Shown: positions 38,911 through 53,479 of the stretch, one piece after another
How the letters are laid out: the number at the start of each line of letters is the position of its first letter
How positions within the stretch are numbered: the stretch's first letter is position 1
Assembly (NCBI RefSeq): GCF_001194135.2
Contig: NC_068986.1
Location: 27,168,906-27,232,905 of the forward strand
Direction of reading: 5' to 3'
Length of the DNA: 64,000 nt
From: Octopus bimaculoides
Lineage: Eukaryota
Made by a program: the position numbers and the translations under genes
Notes under the pieces: model-generated
Seen by the model: only the letters and a program-made list of their open reading frames with translations
Database searches by the model: none
What the model was told of the DNA's origin: nothing

Positions 38911-39407
38911 NNNNNNNNNNNNNNNNNNNNNNNNNNNNNNNNNNNNNNNNNNNNNNNNNNNNNNNNNNNNNNNNNNNNNNNNNNNNNNNNNNNNNNNNNN
39001 NNNNNNNNNNNNNNNNNNNNNNNNNNNNNNNNNNNNNNNNNNNNNNNNNNNNNNNNNNNNNNNNNNNNNNNNNNNNNNNNNNNNNNNNNNNNNNNNNNNN
39101 NNNNNNNNNNNNNNNNNNNNNNNNNNNNNNNNNNNNNNNNNNNNNNNNNNNNNNNNNNNNNNNNNNNNNNNNNNNNNNNNNNNNNNNNNNNNNNNNNNNN
39201 NNNNNNNNNNNNNNNNNNNNNNNNNNNNNNNNNNNNNNNNNNNNNNNNNNNNNNNNNNNNNNNNNNNNNNNNNNNNNNATATGATAGTATTGCTTAAACA
39301 TTCAAGGGGTAGACTGAAGTATCTAAGCAACCAAGAGATAATTAAATCCGAAGGCACTCCTGGAGATTACTTGTGTGGGTACCGTCTTTGTTAGAAGTCT
39401 CCACTTG

Positions 39408-39444
<37 letters not shown>

Positions 39445-39511
39445 TTGAACATCTGTCTTCTTTGCTGGTATGGGTTGGACTATATGTAAAAAGAAAATCT
39501 GTGTGCACGTG

Positions 39512-40015
39512 CGCACAGGCTGTGTGATTAAGGTGTTCACTTAGCAGTTGTGAGTTTTGGGCTCATTCCCACTGCACAGTACTATGTTCTTCTCTTCTAC
39601 TGTAACCTTAGGTCAACCAATGCCTTGCATAGGAATTTGATAAACAGACACCATAGGAAGCTCATTGTATATGTGTGCATGAGTATTGACATTCCTCATG
39701 AATGCAACTGCACTCATAAGATGCACATAAATGTAGAAAAAAGTATGTCCAAGCAAATACTCTCTTTGCCCAACTTTATATTGAATATAATTAATATGGT
39801 GGGTTTGGCCATATGAAACAGTGATATTATTTACATTCCTTGTTGACATTGAAGAGTTGCTTGGCTCTTTCAGAGACCTGTAGAATAAGAAATTCCTTAC
39901 TTGAAAACAAGAGTTGGAAACAGAAAGCTTATCCAGTTGTAGAATCCTGTTGCAAATACACCCCTATCTAAGCCATGCTAGCATGGAAAACAGATGTTGA
40001 ATGTGCAATTGAATG
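39512..40015 (+). mobile_element. SINE family A2, degenerate
   Basis: A head at ~39512-39680; gccatgctagcatggaaaacagatgttgaa tail at ~39970-40005. Confidence 0.6.
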
Positions 40016-43000
40016 ATACATATTATATATATATATATATATATNNNNNNNNNNNNNNNNNNNNNNNNNNNNNNNNNNNNNNNNNNNNNNNNNNNNNNNN
40101 NNNNNNNNNNNNNNNNNNNNNNNNNNNNNNNNNNNNNNNNNNNNNNNNNNNNNNNNNNNNNNNNNNNNNNNNNNNNNNNNNNNNNNNNNNNNNNNNNNNN
40201 NNNNNNNNNNNNNNNNNNNNNNNNNNNNNNNNNNNNNNNNNNNNNNNNNNNNNNNNNNNNNNNNNNNNNNNNNNNNNNNNNNNNNNNNNNNNNNNNNNNN
40301 NNNNNNNNNNNNNNNNNNNNNNNNNNNNNNNNNNNNNNNNNNNNNNNNNNNNNNNNNNNNNNNNNNNNNNNNNNNNNNNNNNNNNNNNNNNNNNNNNNNN
40401 NNNNNNNNNNNNNNNNNNNNNNNNNNNNNNNNNNNNNNNNNNNNNNNNNNNNNNNNNNNNNNNNNNNNNNNNNNNNNNNNNNNNNNNNNNNNNNNNNNNN
40501 NNNNNNNNNNNNNNNNNNNNNNNNNNNNNNNNNNNNNNNNNNNNNNNNNNNNNNNNNNNNNNNNNNNNNNNNNNNNNNNNNNNNNNNNNNNNNNNNNNNN
40601 NNNNNNNNNNNNNNNNNNNNNNNNNNNNNNNNNNNNNNNNNNNNNNNNNNNNNNNNNNNNNNNNNNNNNNNNNNNNNNNNNNNNNNNNNNNNNTTTTATA
40701 TATTATTTTTTTTTTTATATATTATTTTCTTCATTTTGTACTTCTTTGTAAAAAACATTTTCATTCTCCTTCTTGAAAATTTGCTTCGCAATGAAAGCCG
40801 GTTACAAATCTTTATTAAAATATGCTTCCAGTTTAGCATTCTGCCTTAGTCTTCATTTTCCTATTATGTCTCCACGTGCGGTTAACACAGCCCCACTATT
40901 TACTGACTTATATATATATATATATATATAAGAGAGAGAGAGAGAGAGAGGTTTGGCCTTTATAATTCCTTATATATGTTTGCTGTAAAGTTACATAAGT
41001 GACACAAGGCTTTAGAGTTTACTGCAAGGCATTTTTCAAACCTGATAAATACCTTGTGTATCATTTTTCTATCATTATTACCTCCCTTTAACATTTTCCC
41101 TATCTGCATTTTTTTCTCCAAACCTGTGGGTACTCTACTTATTTTCTCCACACTTTTGCCATGCTCCTCCTCCCACCACCACCAGTAACACTTCTCATCC
41201 TTTTTTACCTCCCCTTCTTTCTCTCACTCTCTTGCTACTCCTAGTCTCTTATCCTGGCAACACAAGGAAACGTTTCATCTCTTACCAGTGAGAAAGGTTT
41301 TTGCAACATGAAATGTTAACCTTCTCTCCTTCCTTCATGGAGCACAATTTATTCTACTTTTTAAACTTTTTTTGTATTAATAATTGCCAACAGAGAACCA
41401 CTCTAATCTCCTCAGTTTCAATAGAAAACCATTTTCAACATGGAACTATATTCCAAATGGAATATCTATTGTTCTTCCAGACATTCGTAAGACCATGTTT
41501 TCCCCTAAAATTCCCAAACTTGAGTTACAATTACTTGGTGTTGCAACCTTGAACTTCTATTGAAGCAACCAGCATTGCATCAACTCATTTCTTCTGATTC
41601 TATCATTTTAGTAACTATAAATCTGTCAGAATCGGATAACTTTTTTGTTTTTTTTCTGCTCTTCCTCACTAAAGATTGATAACTTAAAGCTGATGATTAA
41701 AGAAAAAAAAAAAAATTAAAACAACTTTAAACTGATAACTGTTGTGAAGTGATTTTTCACTTTAATTTTGCCACTGTTTTATTGATTGAAGGAATTAATT
41801 CAACTATCTTACCCATTAGATCATATTGATATAGTTACTGAACGAAACATTATTCCACAATATACCGTTAGTTAGAAACAAGAACAACAGATCTGAAAAA
41901 CAGCAGCATTTTGAAGACTATTGTTCCCATTATGTTAATAATATTGAATATAAAGTTGACGAAGAATGTGTTTGTTTGGGCATACTTTTCTACACTTTAT
42001 GTGCATCTTTTATGAATGCAATTGTATTAATCAATTTTTATATTGTTTACATTTTTTCCCCATTTTGCTTTCTTAATCCTCTGTGTATTTCTGTGTGTGT
42101 GTGTTTAAATGCAATCAGATGTACAACTCATATTCACATATGCATGCATACATACACATCGTAATTATTGCTAATTGCATAGTATTTTCTACCTGCTAAT
42201 AAAAAGCTATTTAATTTCCATTTAATGCTAATGTGTGGAAGATAATTTACCTTATTAGTCCATTCATGTGAAGCAGTTCTATTAAAATGGTCACAGTGCG
42301 AGTGAGAAATAGATAGATATATAGATAGAGAGAGAGAAAATAATGCCTTTCTTTTCGCTTTGTTTCTCATTCTCTCCTCCTTCACTTCTTCAGTGCATGA
42401 TATTCATTTAAAGCATGTTAAATTGCAGTGTTTAGATTGATGAAGAAACAGTGAAATGCCTCCCCTCTCAGCTAACTTGTTAATATTATAGACAGTGCTG
42501 TTGCCTAAATACGATGTAACAAGATTGTTATTGGTCTTGTTGAATTTATATAATTTACTGTAGTATGATAAGTAAATACATGCTAAGCCACTTCAAATTA
42601 ATTTCATATTGAATTGCACAGCTCATAAATTCATATTATTCCAACAAAATTTTTTTCTAAAATATCTATAAAAATTTCTGAATTTTTATATATTTACATA
42701 TTCGTTAAAATAACAACAAAATACGTTTGAAAAAAGTAAATATTTTTTCTTCATAGATTTTTCTGGTGTTGTGTTTAGCTCCAGGTTTACCCTCCAATGT
42801 ATACCTTATTGTTGTATATGGTAGTGTGTAACCGAAAAAGTTGTATCTCCTTCAAGTCACCAGTTAGGGGTTCACTCAACGACTCCTATATCTGTTGGTT
42901 TTTGTGGTTCTTTAAAACATCCTCTGTTGTTATTGTTGGTGATGGTGGTCAGCTCTGATCAAATAGAGCTATGCTTAATGGTATTTTAGTCCTGGCCATG

Positions 43001-43604
43001 GCTATCCTGCTTTTTCTCTCTCTCTAGACGTAGAACATCTAGGACACATGTCCCAATGTATCCTTTCATTTTTTTAAGACTGCAAAGTTTGATTTGAGGA
43101 AGATTTGGTTTTTCCTTTTGTTATAATGTGGATCCTCATCCCCTTGTATGTTATTGTTGGCACTAGTATTCTTGTCACCACTGTTATTTTGTGATGGTAT
43201 TCCGTGTCTCATTATCTTTGACTCGTCTAAATTGCTATGACTTGAAAGCTCTCCCTTGACAGTAACTCAAACTCCTATATAACATGTAACTGACACTTAC
43301 TCCAACTGAGAACTTATACAGCGACTTTACTACTACTGACCTTCTACAATGACTGACTGTCTGACTTTGTCATGTGGAAAGGGGAGTACCATTTTCACTA
43401 CAACACTTTTAGTATATCACTTGACTATGTTGAAGCTCACTTGCTGAGAAGTGTTCAATTAAATGCATTATATCATCATCATTTAACATCCGTTTTCCAT
43501 GCTGTCATGGGTTGGAGTAGTATTTATGTATTTGTATTTCTTTATAATTTGAGTTCAAATCCACACATTTTGACCTTGCATTTCAGAACTCCACAGTCAT
43601 CATC

Positions 43605-43853
43605 ATCATCACTATCATCTTTATTTTAATGCCCACTTTTCCATGTTTGCATGGGTTAAATGGAATTTGTCGAGGCATATTTTCTGCTGCTAGATTTACT
43701 TCCTGTGTCCAACCCTCACCTGTTTTCAAGCAAGCTATTTTTCTTCCAAGGCCAGACATGTTTCCATGGAAGATTGGAAACAAGCAAAACCATTTGTGGT
43801 ATTGTTGATGGTGACACTCTTTTACAACCATCATGTAATGTCAAGACAAGGGG

Positions 43854-43898
<45 letters not shown>

Positions 43899-44040
43899 AT
43901 AATCCCTGCTCACAAGGTTTTGATCAGCTTAGGACTAGAGTAAAAGACACTTGCTTAGGGCTTCATGCAGTAGGACTGAATCCAAATCCATGTGATTGGG
44001 AAGCAAAGTTCTTGTCTATACAGTCATACTTGTGCCTATG
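43605..44040 (-). mobile_element. SINE family A2 with internal (CA)n
   Basis: (CAT)n plus ttccatgtttgcatgggtt tail on the left; cacaaggttttgatcag..gggaagcaaagttc head on the right. Confidence 0.7.
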
Positions 44041-44454
44041 AAGTATTACTTGTTTACTCCGATTGGTTTAACACTTCTTCTCTACAAGTACAAATTTCCA
44101 ACTTAATTGAAATTAGTTGTATTTTTTCTTGTCTTTCTTCTTTTTTAATCCTCTTTTCCTGCCTTTTTCCTCTTTGTTTTTCCAGTTTTCATTTCCATTT
44201 TGTGTATATTCAGCTCCTTAATCCCTTTGCTTCTGCATTCAGTCTGATTTCTTCAGATTTACTTAGTTGCTTCTGATTGAATTTTTCACTAACATCGTTT
44301 CTTTTAGCGTATACCCACCACCCCCACCCAACAGTTACTTTATTGCAAAGATGAATCTTCAAAAATAGAATTATATCTCTTTCACGAGACATTTGCAGAA
44401 GAAAATTGTTGCCAAACTTTGAATTTACAGAGCCTCAAAGCCACTTTGCTAATT

Positions 44455-44850
44455 CAGGGAGCTTGTTTCCGTCATTGGACTGTGGCCATTTTGGGGCAGC
44501 GCTTGGATTGGTTTACTCAAACAAATCAACCCTAGTTCTATTTTTGTATTTTAAAGCCTGGTATTTATTCTTTTGTTGTCTTTTGCCGAACTGCTAAGTA
44601 ATGGAAACATAAAGAAACCAATACTGATTGCCAAACAAGGGTGGGGTGGGGTGGGTTGACAGAAACAAAGATACACACACAATGGGCTTCCACACAGTTT
44701 CTGTCTACCATATTCACTTTAAAGGCATTGATCGGCTTTTGAGGTATAGTAAGAGATATTTGCCCAAAGTGCAGCATATTGGAGATTGAACCTGAAACCA
44801 TGTAGTTACAAACTGAGCATTTTAACTACACAATCATGTCTGCACCTGTA
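44455..44850 (-). mobile_element. SINE family A1, degenerate
   Basis: Colinear with the 15130-15568 copy. Confidence 0.75.
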
Positions 44851-45966
44851 CATGTTCATAAAAAATTATCACAATTCATTACATAATTTATTATTTATAT
44901 TGCAAATAATCTCATTACTTGAATTATTGTCTTAATGAAGCGTTGTCTGAATCACAATACATTCCCCAACGTAACAATGATGTTGATTCTCTTCAACTCA
45001 AATGCCAATCTATTTGCTTTTCTACACTTTATGTACATCTTATGGATGCACTTGTATTGATCAGTTTTTAAAAATTTTATTTATGAGTTCTTGTTTCCTT
45101 CTGCTTCCTTAATCCTGTGTACATCTGCATGTGTGTTTAATTGCAGTGAAATGTGCATACATACACTGTAAATCATTAAAAAATCATTTATTCCAAAATG
45201 GTTGATTGTTTAAGCTATTTAATCAAACAATTTATCTAAAAGGTATGAAGAAACATTAACATGGATAATAAGGAAAACAGAAGACCTATCATGTATTAAT
45301 TCTATAACAATCAAAAATGTTTATGCTTCTCTTTCTACCAGTTGTGGTGACAAGACTGCTGTTATTTATTAGTTTTCCATGCAGCAAGCCACACCCACCT
45401 CTTTCTTTCTCTACTACAATTTCTTTGGCTTGCACACTCCAACACGATGCTACTCTTGTTTTTGAGAGGATACTCTCCACAAATCTACCTAATATTTATT
45501 CTTTTAATACTGCTGGAAATTTTCTTAATTTTATTCTTTTTTTTTTCTTTCTCTTCTCTTTATTTTTTTTTTTTTTCCAAGAAGTTTTCCATATAATTTA
45601 GTTATATTCTGCACTCATTCTTCCATGGCTTTTTGTCCATTGCAAGCATAGAGATTGTAACAAGGATGATGGTGGAGGAGTTTACATTACTAAAACATTG
45701 ATGATGAGAAAGAGCTATATATAAAAAAAAAATGGTACCAATACTTCCATATATAAATTAAATATATTTCTTTGCAAGGAAAAAAATACAGAGCAAGATA
45801 AACTATAAACATTATATCAATTTATTTATCTATTTATTTTTTTATTTGTAAATATATTTCCCTTTCTTGTTATTTTATTATATATTTTTAAAAATACTCC
45901 TTGATCTATTTTTATTTTATTTTGGTTTTATCCATAAATTTACTATGTAAACCAGTTATCTTTTTG

Positions 45967-46004
<38 letters not shown>

Positions 46005-46103
46005 TTAACATTTTTTTGTTAATGCAATAATTATAGCCTGAGAGGATTGTGGGTCATATCTGAAGTGTTTATAGAATAGTTTTATACTTGTTTAGTTGGT
46101 CTC

Positions 46104-46138
<35 letters not shown>

Positions 46139-47062
46139 GAGGGAGGGAGGGAGATTGATTTCAAACTAAATATATTTAACTGTTTGATTGGTTTTTTTTC
46201 ACTGCCTTTTTATTTATTATTTTCTTCTGTACCAGAGGTTTGGCTTACTGTCACTTATTGGTTACTTCACTCACCTCCGTCCTTCATCTACTGGCAGCCA
46301 AATCTAATACAGTTAGCCTTATATATGAGACATTTGTGCATTTGCTTGAGTATGTACATGCCTTCCTACAAGTATATATGTGTGTGTGTGGGTGTGTGTA
46401 TACTTGCTAACATGTACACAACACACACCATGTAATTTTGTGAGTATCAGTGACAAATGCACTGCAGTGGTTATTTGCCTTAGCAGGTAACTTTACTGTT
46501 AATGCGTACAGCTTATTTGATTTATTTGAGGCCAGTTTGAAAAGTAAATAAATATTAGGTTGCAAAGACAGGTAAATGGCAGAGTGTACTTCAATGTTGA
46601 AATGACACAAAATCATTTCCTCACCCACTGTCCAATATTTATTAACTTTTATTATATTTTTAATTTTGTCTTTTTTCAAACCTATATTTTTCAGTTTGAA
46701 ATCTGTTTCTTCTTTATAATCACAAGATGTTTTTACACTACTGTTCTTAAAAACCTTACTCTCATGCACACCCTGCTCCTTTTTCTTTACGCTCATTGTT
46801 ACCCATTTAACCCTTTTCTTTTTTTGTACCCAATGTTAGGGTTCTTTTCTTTCACAAGTTTTCTTTTTTTCCAACCTCTTCCTGGTTGTATTCACATGGG
46901 TATGCATACATGTCAAATTTTTCTCTTCTAGTCTAAGGCCACTTACTAATATTAGCTGTGGGTAAGGCTGATTTTTGTGGTTCAAAGAGATGCATTTCAA
47001 AGAATGCTCTATTTTCTCTTATGTCTACACATCTCAACTATTAGACTCTTCCAGATTCATCA

Positions 47063-47515
47063 ACATCATCATCATCATCATTGAACATCTGTTGTCCATG
47101 CTTGTGTGGGTTGGATGGTTTGACTGGGCTGGCACACTGGAAGGCTGCACCAGACTCCAGTCTTATTTTGTATGGTTTTCTACAGCTGGATGCCCTCCTA
47201 ACACTAACCACTCTGAGAGTGTAATGGGTGATTTTACATGCCACTAGCATGAATGCCATTTGCATGACACCAGGGTGCTTTTACGTGTCATCAGCATGGG
47301 TGCCAATTTGTGTTACACCTGTATCTGCCACAACTGCGATCTTTCTCAGCTTGATGGGTCTTCTTCTCAAGCACGACATAATGCCAAAGGTCTTGATCAT
47401 TGCCTCCATGAGGCCCAATGTTCAAAAGGAGCTCAGCCACTTTGCCTTTGTGAGGCTCAATGCTTGAAAGGTGTTCCTTACATGTCACCAGCATGGATGC
47501 ACTTCCACTACTAAC
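47063..47515 (-). mobile_element. RTE-type LINE 3' region / family C long copy
   Basis: (CAT)n tail and ccatgcttgtgtgggttggat..ggatgccctcctaacactaaccactctgagagtgtaatgggtg, extending ~250 bp further 5' than the other copies. Confidence 0.7.
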
Positions 47516-48637
47516 TTGGTCTCCTAGATACCAGAAGCTATCTACTACCTCTAGCTTGTCCCTCTGGCAGTTGATGGAGTTTCAAAATACAAAAAAAAAA
47601 AAAAAAAAAAAAAATGCCATGCACCTTAATTCTGTATTAAGTATAATGCCTCACTTCTACCTTGCTGTTATTTTTCCGTGATCTCTCATTTTCACATCAA
47701 TTGAGTATCTTATTTAAACTTTGTATAAAATAACTTTGAGAAAGGTTTAATACTGCAAATATTAGATAGCATTACATGACCATCTGTTGCCAGTCATATA
47801 CATATTTGCATATTTCTGAGGAATATATCTCTATTTCTGTCTTTTATGAAATGTGGTCAACAAGTAATTGTCAATAGTAAGCTAATGTAAGTGAATGATC
47901 AGTTGTCATCTTAATTTGCTACAAAAACACACTTATCACTTTTCAAAGATTAGATGTGATGGGCTTGTATTATTGGAATTAGCACTGGTGCCATTGTTAA
48001 GCCTTAACACTGGGACATGGGGCTTTCTGGATCTCACACTCACAAGTTTCAGTTTTATCAGTGACCTCTACAATGTCAGTACTTTAAAGAACTCTCCCCT
48101 CCCCAATAATTGAGAAAATACCGATATAAGGCCGTTAAAGGTTTTGCCCCATTATTTTCTTTTATAGCTTTTCAAACATAAATGGAATTGACATATTTGC
48201 ATTGATTGTAGAACATGTTCTTTTGGACACACTCAATGGCTTGTCACAAAACTGTGAAAATGAAACAAGAACACAGTATGGTTTTTGGTGTTCAGTTGAA
48301 TGATTGGTGTTAGGTTGTTTAATGTGATGCATGCAAATGTATGCATAGACAGTGAGTAGAGTATGTACTCATACTCTTATTCACTGGCTGTCATATAGTA
48401 ATGCAAAGCAATCATAAATGTCTCCACATGTAATCACTTTTAAGTACAGAATCTCATATACTGATACTGTATTAACACACTCATATTCACAGGCACACGA
48501 CAAACTCCAGAGAGTGTCAACTGAAAAGGACTCATTTCTAGTGCTTCTTGCTCAAGATTTAAGTAAATATTACATGAATATACTAAGCTGCAGTTTATGC
48601 AGTAATAATAATAGAAGACTTATCCCCAGAGAGGGGG

Positions 48638-48671
<34 letters not shown>

Positions 48672-49149
48672 CAATACTTTTACATTGATTGTTGGAACAA
48701 ACATACACTCAAAGGAAACATTCGAAAAGGAGAATAAATTTCAGTGGAAAACACAGGATAATTGTTTATCTTTGTTGCTTAACATATGTTCTTGAGTTTA
48801 TAGGAAGAAATTAAAGACAGAGAGTTTGGAATAGATATTAATATCTCTCCTCCAGATTATTCATATGTAGTAATATGGATGAGGTGGTGAAATGATTTAC
48901 CACAGTTGAATTTCTGCTTGGGAGAATTGGAGGGTGGGGGGAGGTTCTCCATGATATCCTTTGTTCACTATTTACATTTGGTTTGACTGAAGCATTAATT
49001 TATGTGTGACATACCTTAAAAGAGGGTGTGCAATTTATTATTGGTTGTGGAGGTATTGTACTTGGTAGCTGACCAGCTAACTCCAAACTCTTACTTCTCA
49101 GCCTCCTTGGTAATGACATCATGGCATAGATGATGGTTAACTAGACTAT

Positions 49150-49512
49150 ATCATCGTCATTCAACATCCAATTTCCCATGCTTGCATGGGTCAGAGGGAA
49201 TTTGTTGATGCAGTTTTTTCTATGGCCAGATGCCCTTCTTGATGTCAATTCTTACTTTTCCCAAGCAAAATAATATTTTCCCCATCATCAGTCATGTTTT
49301 TTCTGAAAGACTTGAAACAATCAACACAGCTTGCATGGCAGTGATGCCCATTCATACCTCTCACATGTTGTCAAGACAAGCCCCCCCCCCCACTTCTTCC
49401 AGCCTATCAAATCCACTTGTAGGCCTGTAGTAGAAGACACTCATACAGGGTGCTGTGCAGTGGGGCTGAACACAAGATCACATGATTGGGAAGCCAACTT
49501 AACCACACAGCT
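49150..49512 (-). mobile_element. SINE family A2
   Basis: Tail tcccatgcttgcatgggtc at ~49175; head aaatccacttgtagg..cttaaccacacagc at 49410-49512. Confidence 0.7.
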
Positions 49513-50102
49513 GATTTAGTACATCTTGGTTTCCAGATTCCATATTGGTATTGAATTTGTTTTGCATTTTACTTGGTTTAATATTACTCAATATTTCTCA
49601 ATAAGGTAATTATTGAGTAATATATTGAAATTAAACTGAAGTTTCCAGTGATGTAAAACAAGAAAATAAAAGAGGGTGTGTACCCCTCCCTCCCATCAAA
49701 TATAAATGTAAATATTGTTCTTAAGAAAGAAATTATGTCAGACTTTGTATCAAAATATTGGCTGTAATTCAAAAGGTTTAATTTACAATGACATAAATCT
49801 GTAGTGATCATATGACGGCTGTTATTTAGCCCTAGGTCTACTTTAACTAGGTAGGCCTATAGTTAAAGGTATTTTAGACATGTTTATATTGAGTTTTTGC
49901 TTATCTTTTTTTCACATGCTCCTCTTTTTTAAGATACTAGGGTATGATTAGAAGATGCATTGTCTACTATTTCTAGCATGTTGAACAGCCATGTTGAGGT
50001 TTCCTCATTGGTTTATATAATCTGTTAGAAGTTAGTATTGAGGTAGGAGTGTATCAACCTTGGATAATCGACACTGATAATGGAAATCTGGTTTCAAATA
50101 GG

Positions 50103-50138
<36 letters not shown>

Positions 50139-50487
50139 CATTTAAGCAAAAAAAAACCCCAACAAAACAAAGAAGCAATTAAAAGAAAGGTGGTATAGGG
50201 ACAGGGTGGAGTAGAGGCAGGGTGTGGGTAATAAAATAGATGTCAGGATGGCCTGTTGAATTCATACTGTTTGTCAGGAATACTGCGCTTCTGAAGATCA
50301 GTTGTCAATAGTGAGAGTCAATAACAGAGTTGCCATGACTGCAGATAATTCTCAGTTGTGTGTGTCTTCCCCGAACCTGTCCATTTTGTGTTATCTTTCT
50401 CAGGGGTGGGTGGACAAGTAAGGGGTATGCTATATTTTGTTTTCTACTCTTGTTATTGTTATTATTATTTTATTATTATTGTTGTTA

Positions 50488-50520
<33 letters not shown>

Positions 50521-51275
50521 AAATGCTGTTTTTTTTCTTATTACATTCAAGGCTAAAATTGCCAGAGAGGGTGGTGGGAGTTGGAGGGGTCATGGTGGTG
50601 GTGAGGGTGGAAGCAAAAACAAAAAATATATAAGGAAAAAAAAAAAAGAAAGGTATAAGAAAAAAATAAAAATAAAAATAAAGACAAGTGTGTGTTAGAA
50701 ATCCAAATTCAAGAAATTGACATAATATTGATGATATGCTATCTCCTATGATTTCGAAATCAAGATTGGAATTTGAGACAATGTCTTGTCAAAACAGGAA
50801 CCACTTTCTCTGTTCGCTCTGCCATCGATGTTCGCATCAGTATTATTGGTTGATATCGAATAAATGTTTTTTTTTCTTTTTCTTTTTGCCTCTCTTGTTT
50901 ATTTGTTTATATATTTATTACTATTTTAACATTGCCATATTTGTTAACTACCAATTCTATCTGTGACTTTTCAAATTGTTTCTGTCTATATATGTTAGAT
51001 GTCAGGTATCTTGATTCTTTACTGATGCTGTCACGAGTGGAAAAGGAAACCATTTTACTGTTGCTTAAATATGATTTTGTGATGAGACAACATTCCTTTT
51101 GATCTGTCTCTTTCTATCTCCCTTTCCTTCTCTCTCTTTCTCTCTCTCACTCCTACCCTTCTCTCTCACTTCTTCCCTTCTCTCTCAATTTTTCTTTTAT
51201 TTAAAAGAATTTTTCTTTTGAAAGCTGAAAAATTTTTATACATTACATTAACAACATACACACACACACTCGCGT

Positions 51276-51314
<39 letters not shown>

Positions 51315-51859
51315 GCTTTATGTTATGATATTATGAGACACTATACTATGATCATGTCTTTTGTATTCTCTTTATTTGATAGTCAAAGGGGGGGGGGAAG
51401 GTGGATAAATTCCAGCCCTTCATTCAGTTTTGTGAAATCAGAATAACTGATTTAATAAGTGTGTGTGTGTGTGTGACACATTGTTTCATGTTTGCATGAA
51501 AGTGTTTGTGTGTGTGTGTGACGTACCATTTCATGTTTGCATGTTTGTATTGACATTGTTTTACAATAAGTTTTACTCTTGTCCAAAGGATTGGATCATT
51601 CCTGGTTGTTCTATCGTTGGTGCTAAGTTTTGAAAGTAAATGTTTTTCTGTCTTTTTTTCTCAATATCTTTTCACCTCAGTAGTTTTTCTGTCAGTAATT
51701 GTTTCAAATTGAAATTGAAATTGAAGATGGTATTTTCATACCTGGAAAAACTGAGATGAGTAAAATAATCTGGCCTCAGTGCATGTTTCAAATGAGTACA
51801 TGAGTTCTTGTTGAACCAATAACAGAGAGTTTCTTTCTAAATGAGGGATGTGCTCAACA

Positions 51860-52025
51860 CAGCAAGCCTTCAGTCACCTTCACTCTTCAGTCACCTTCAT
51901 TCTTCAGTCACTGTCACTCTCCACTCACTGTCACTCTCCACTCAGTCATTTTCCACTCATCACTCTTCACTCACCATCACTGTCTCCCTTCACTCACCTT
52001 CACTCCATTCACCATCACTTTTCAC
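51860..52025. repeat. Degenerate TCAC/CTT low-complexity repeat
   Basis: Directly visible. Confidence 0.75.
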
Positions 52026-52528
52026 TCAACGTTCTATAAATGAGCTGACTGTGTATTTCAAGATCTACGTTCTTTGGATAACTTGTCCTCCATAAAAGAT
52101 GAGATGGTCATGGTTAGAAGCATCAGTTGAATGCTTTGTTTGTTTGATTGACTACTTTGATAAAAGTGGTCTGTTCAAGTATAATCCACCATAGCTATCG
52201 AACAACAACAACAACAACAAGTGTTTTGACACTGACTTAAAGCTATGGACTATCTGTCCAACACCTTATCCACTCAGCCATCCACACCATGTATTATTTT
52301 TATTGAATGTTTCCAGCTGTAACTTTTGTCACAGTCATAGAGAGATCCTCTTGTGTGTTTGATCAAGCTATAGGTTATGTTTTTCACTTTAATATTTCTA
52401 CAGTTATATATCATATTGTCCATTTGTGCTTTCAGGTCAAAAAGATATGATTGTACAAGAAAAAAAAAATCATTTTCTCTTGGCATATATTTATGTCCCT
52501 ATTTGTTGTTTTTCTTCTTTCTTTTTCC

Positions 52529-52559
<31 letters not shown>

Positions 52560-53146
52560 TGCTCTTTCTGTGTCTCTCTCTCTCTTGGTTGATGTAATAA
52601 ATATTGTTCTATTCTGAAATTTCCCTTCTGATATCTTTGTTCTTACACATTGGTTGATATACATGAAGCGAAGTTAAAACAATTTTCTCCTCTCAATCAC
52701 TGGCATGAAAGAAATTGATTTAAATCTATTTGCAATGGTGTTCTTAGCCATTCATCATCACCATCATCATCATCACCATTGTTGTTGTTGCCATCATCAT
52801 CACCACCACCACCATCACCACCATTACTTCCTTCTCGTCTTCTCCCCTGTGGTTTTATTACAGCAAATTTCTGTTGCATAAGTGAGTATACAGCTACATG
52901 TCCTTAGAGTGTGTGATAGATTTTCTTAATTAATATAATTTCTCATAAAAGTTGTTCATTATTACCGTTATTATTATTAGCTTGATGATTGGTGAAATAA
53001 GAAGTGTACTATAGACAAAAATGATGTGTGGTGTTTAATTTTGTTCTTTTGCAACTAGATTTCAAATCTCTCTAAGGTTGATTTTGCCTTTCTTATTTTT
53101 GTGGCTGGTGAAATAAATAGCAGTCGATTACCAGAACTGTCTAGAA

Positions 53147-53479
53147 CAGTGGTTCTCAATTGAGGTCCATATACCCCTGAGGGTCCATATAAGATTTTGC
53201 GGGGTCCACACTACAAACTAGTAATTTGGGAACCCAAAATGGAATTTTAAGGGCTCCTGAAAAAAAAAGTTTGCTTTACATGTATGTATTGCAGGAAACA
53301 GCTAGGTTTCTTTCTCAAGCATTTTACATAGTTCAACCTGCACAAGTTAATGGATGAATAGGTATTTTGAAAGAATATTCTGTAAAACTAGGTTTTAGAC
53401 ATAGAATGACTATGGGGGTCCCCCAGAATAAAATAGTAATCAAAGGGGTCCATAGATTAAGACTGGTTGAGAACCTCTG
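53147..53479. mobile_element. hAT (Charlie-type) MITE, 333 bp
   Basis: TIRs CAGTGGTTCTCAA / CAGAGGTTCTCAA (rc). 8-bp TSD GTCTAGAA / GTCTATAA matching the nTCTAGAn preference of Charlie elements. Confidence 0.85.

Noticed and set aside
38800-40849. Long ORFs of 140-278 aa
   Set aside because: They consist of N-gap X residues and (TA)n.
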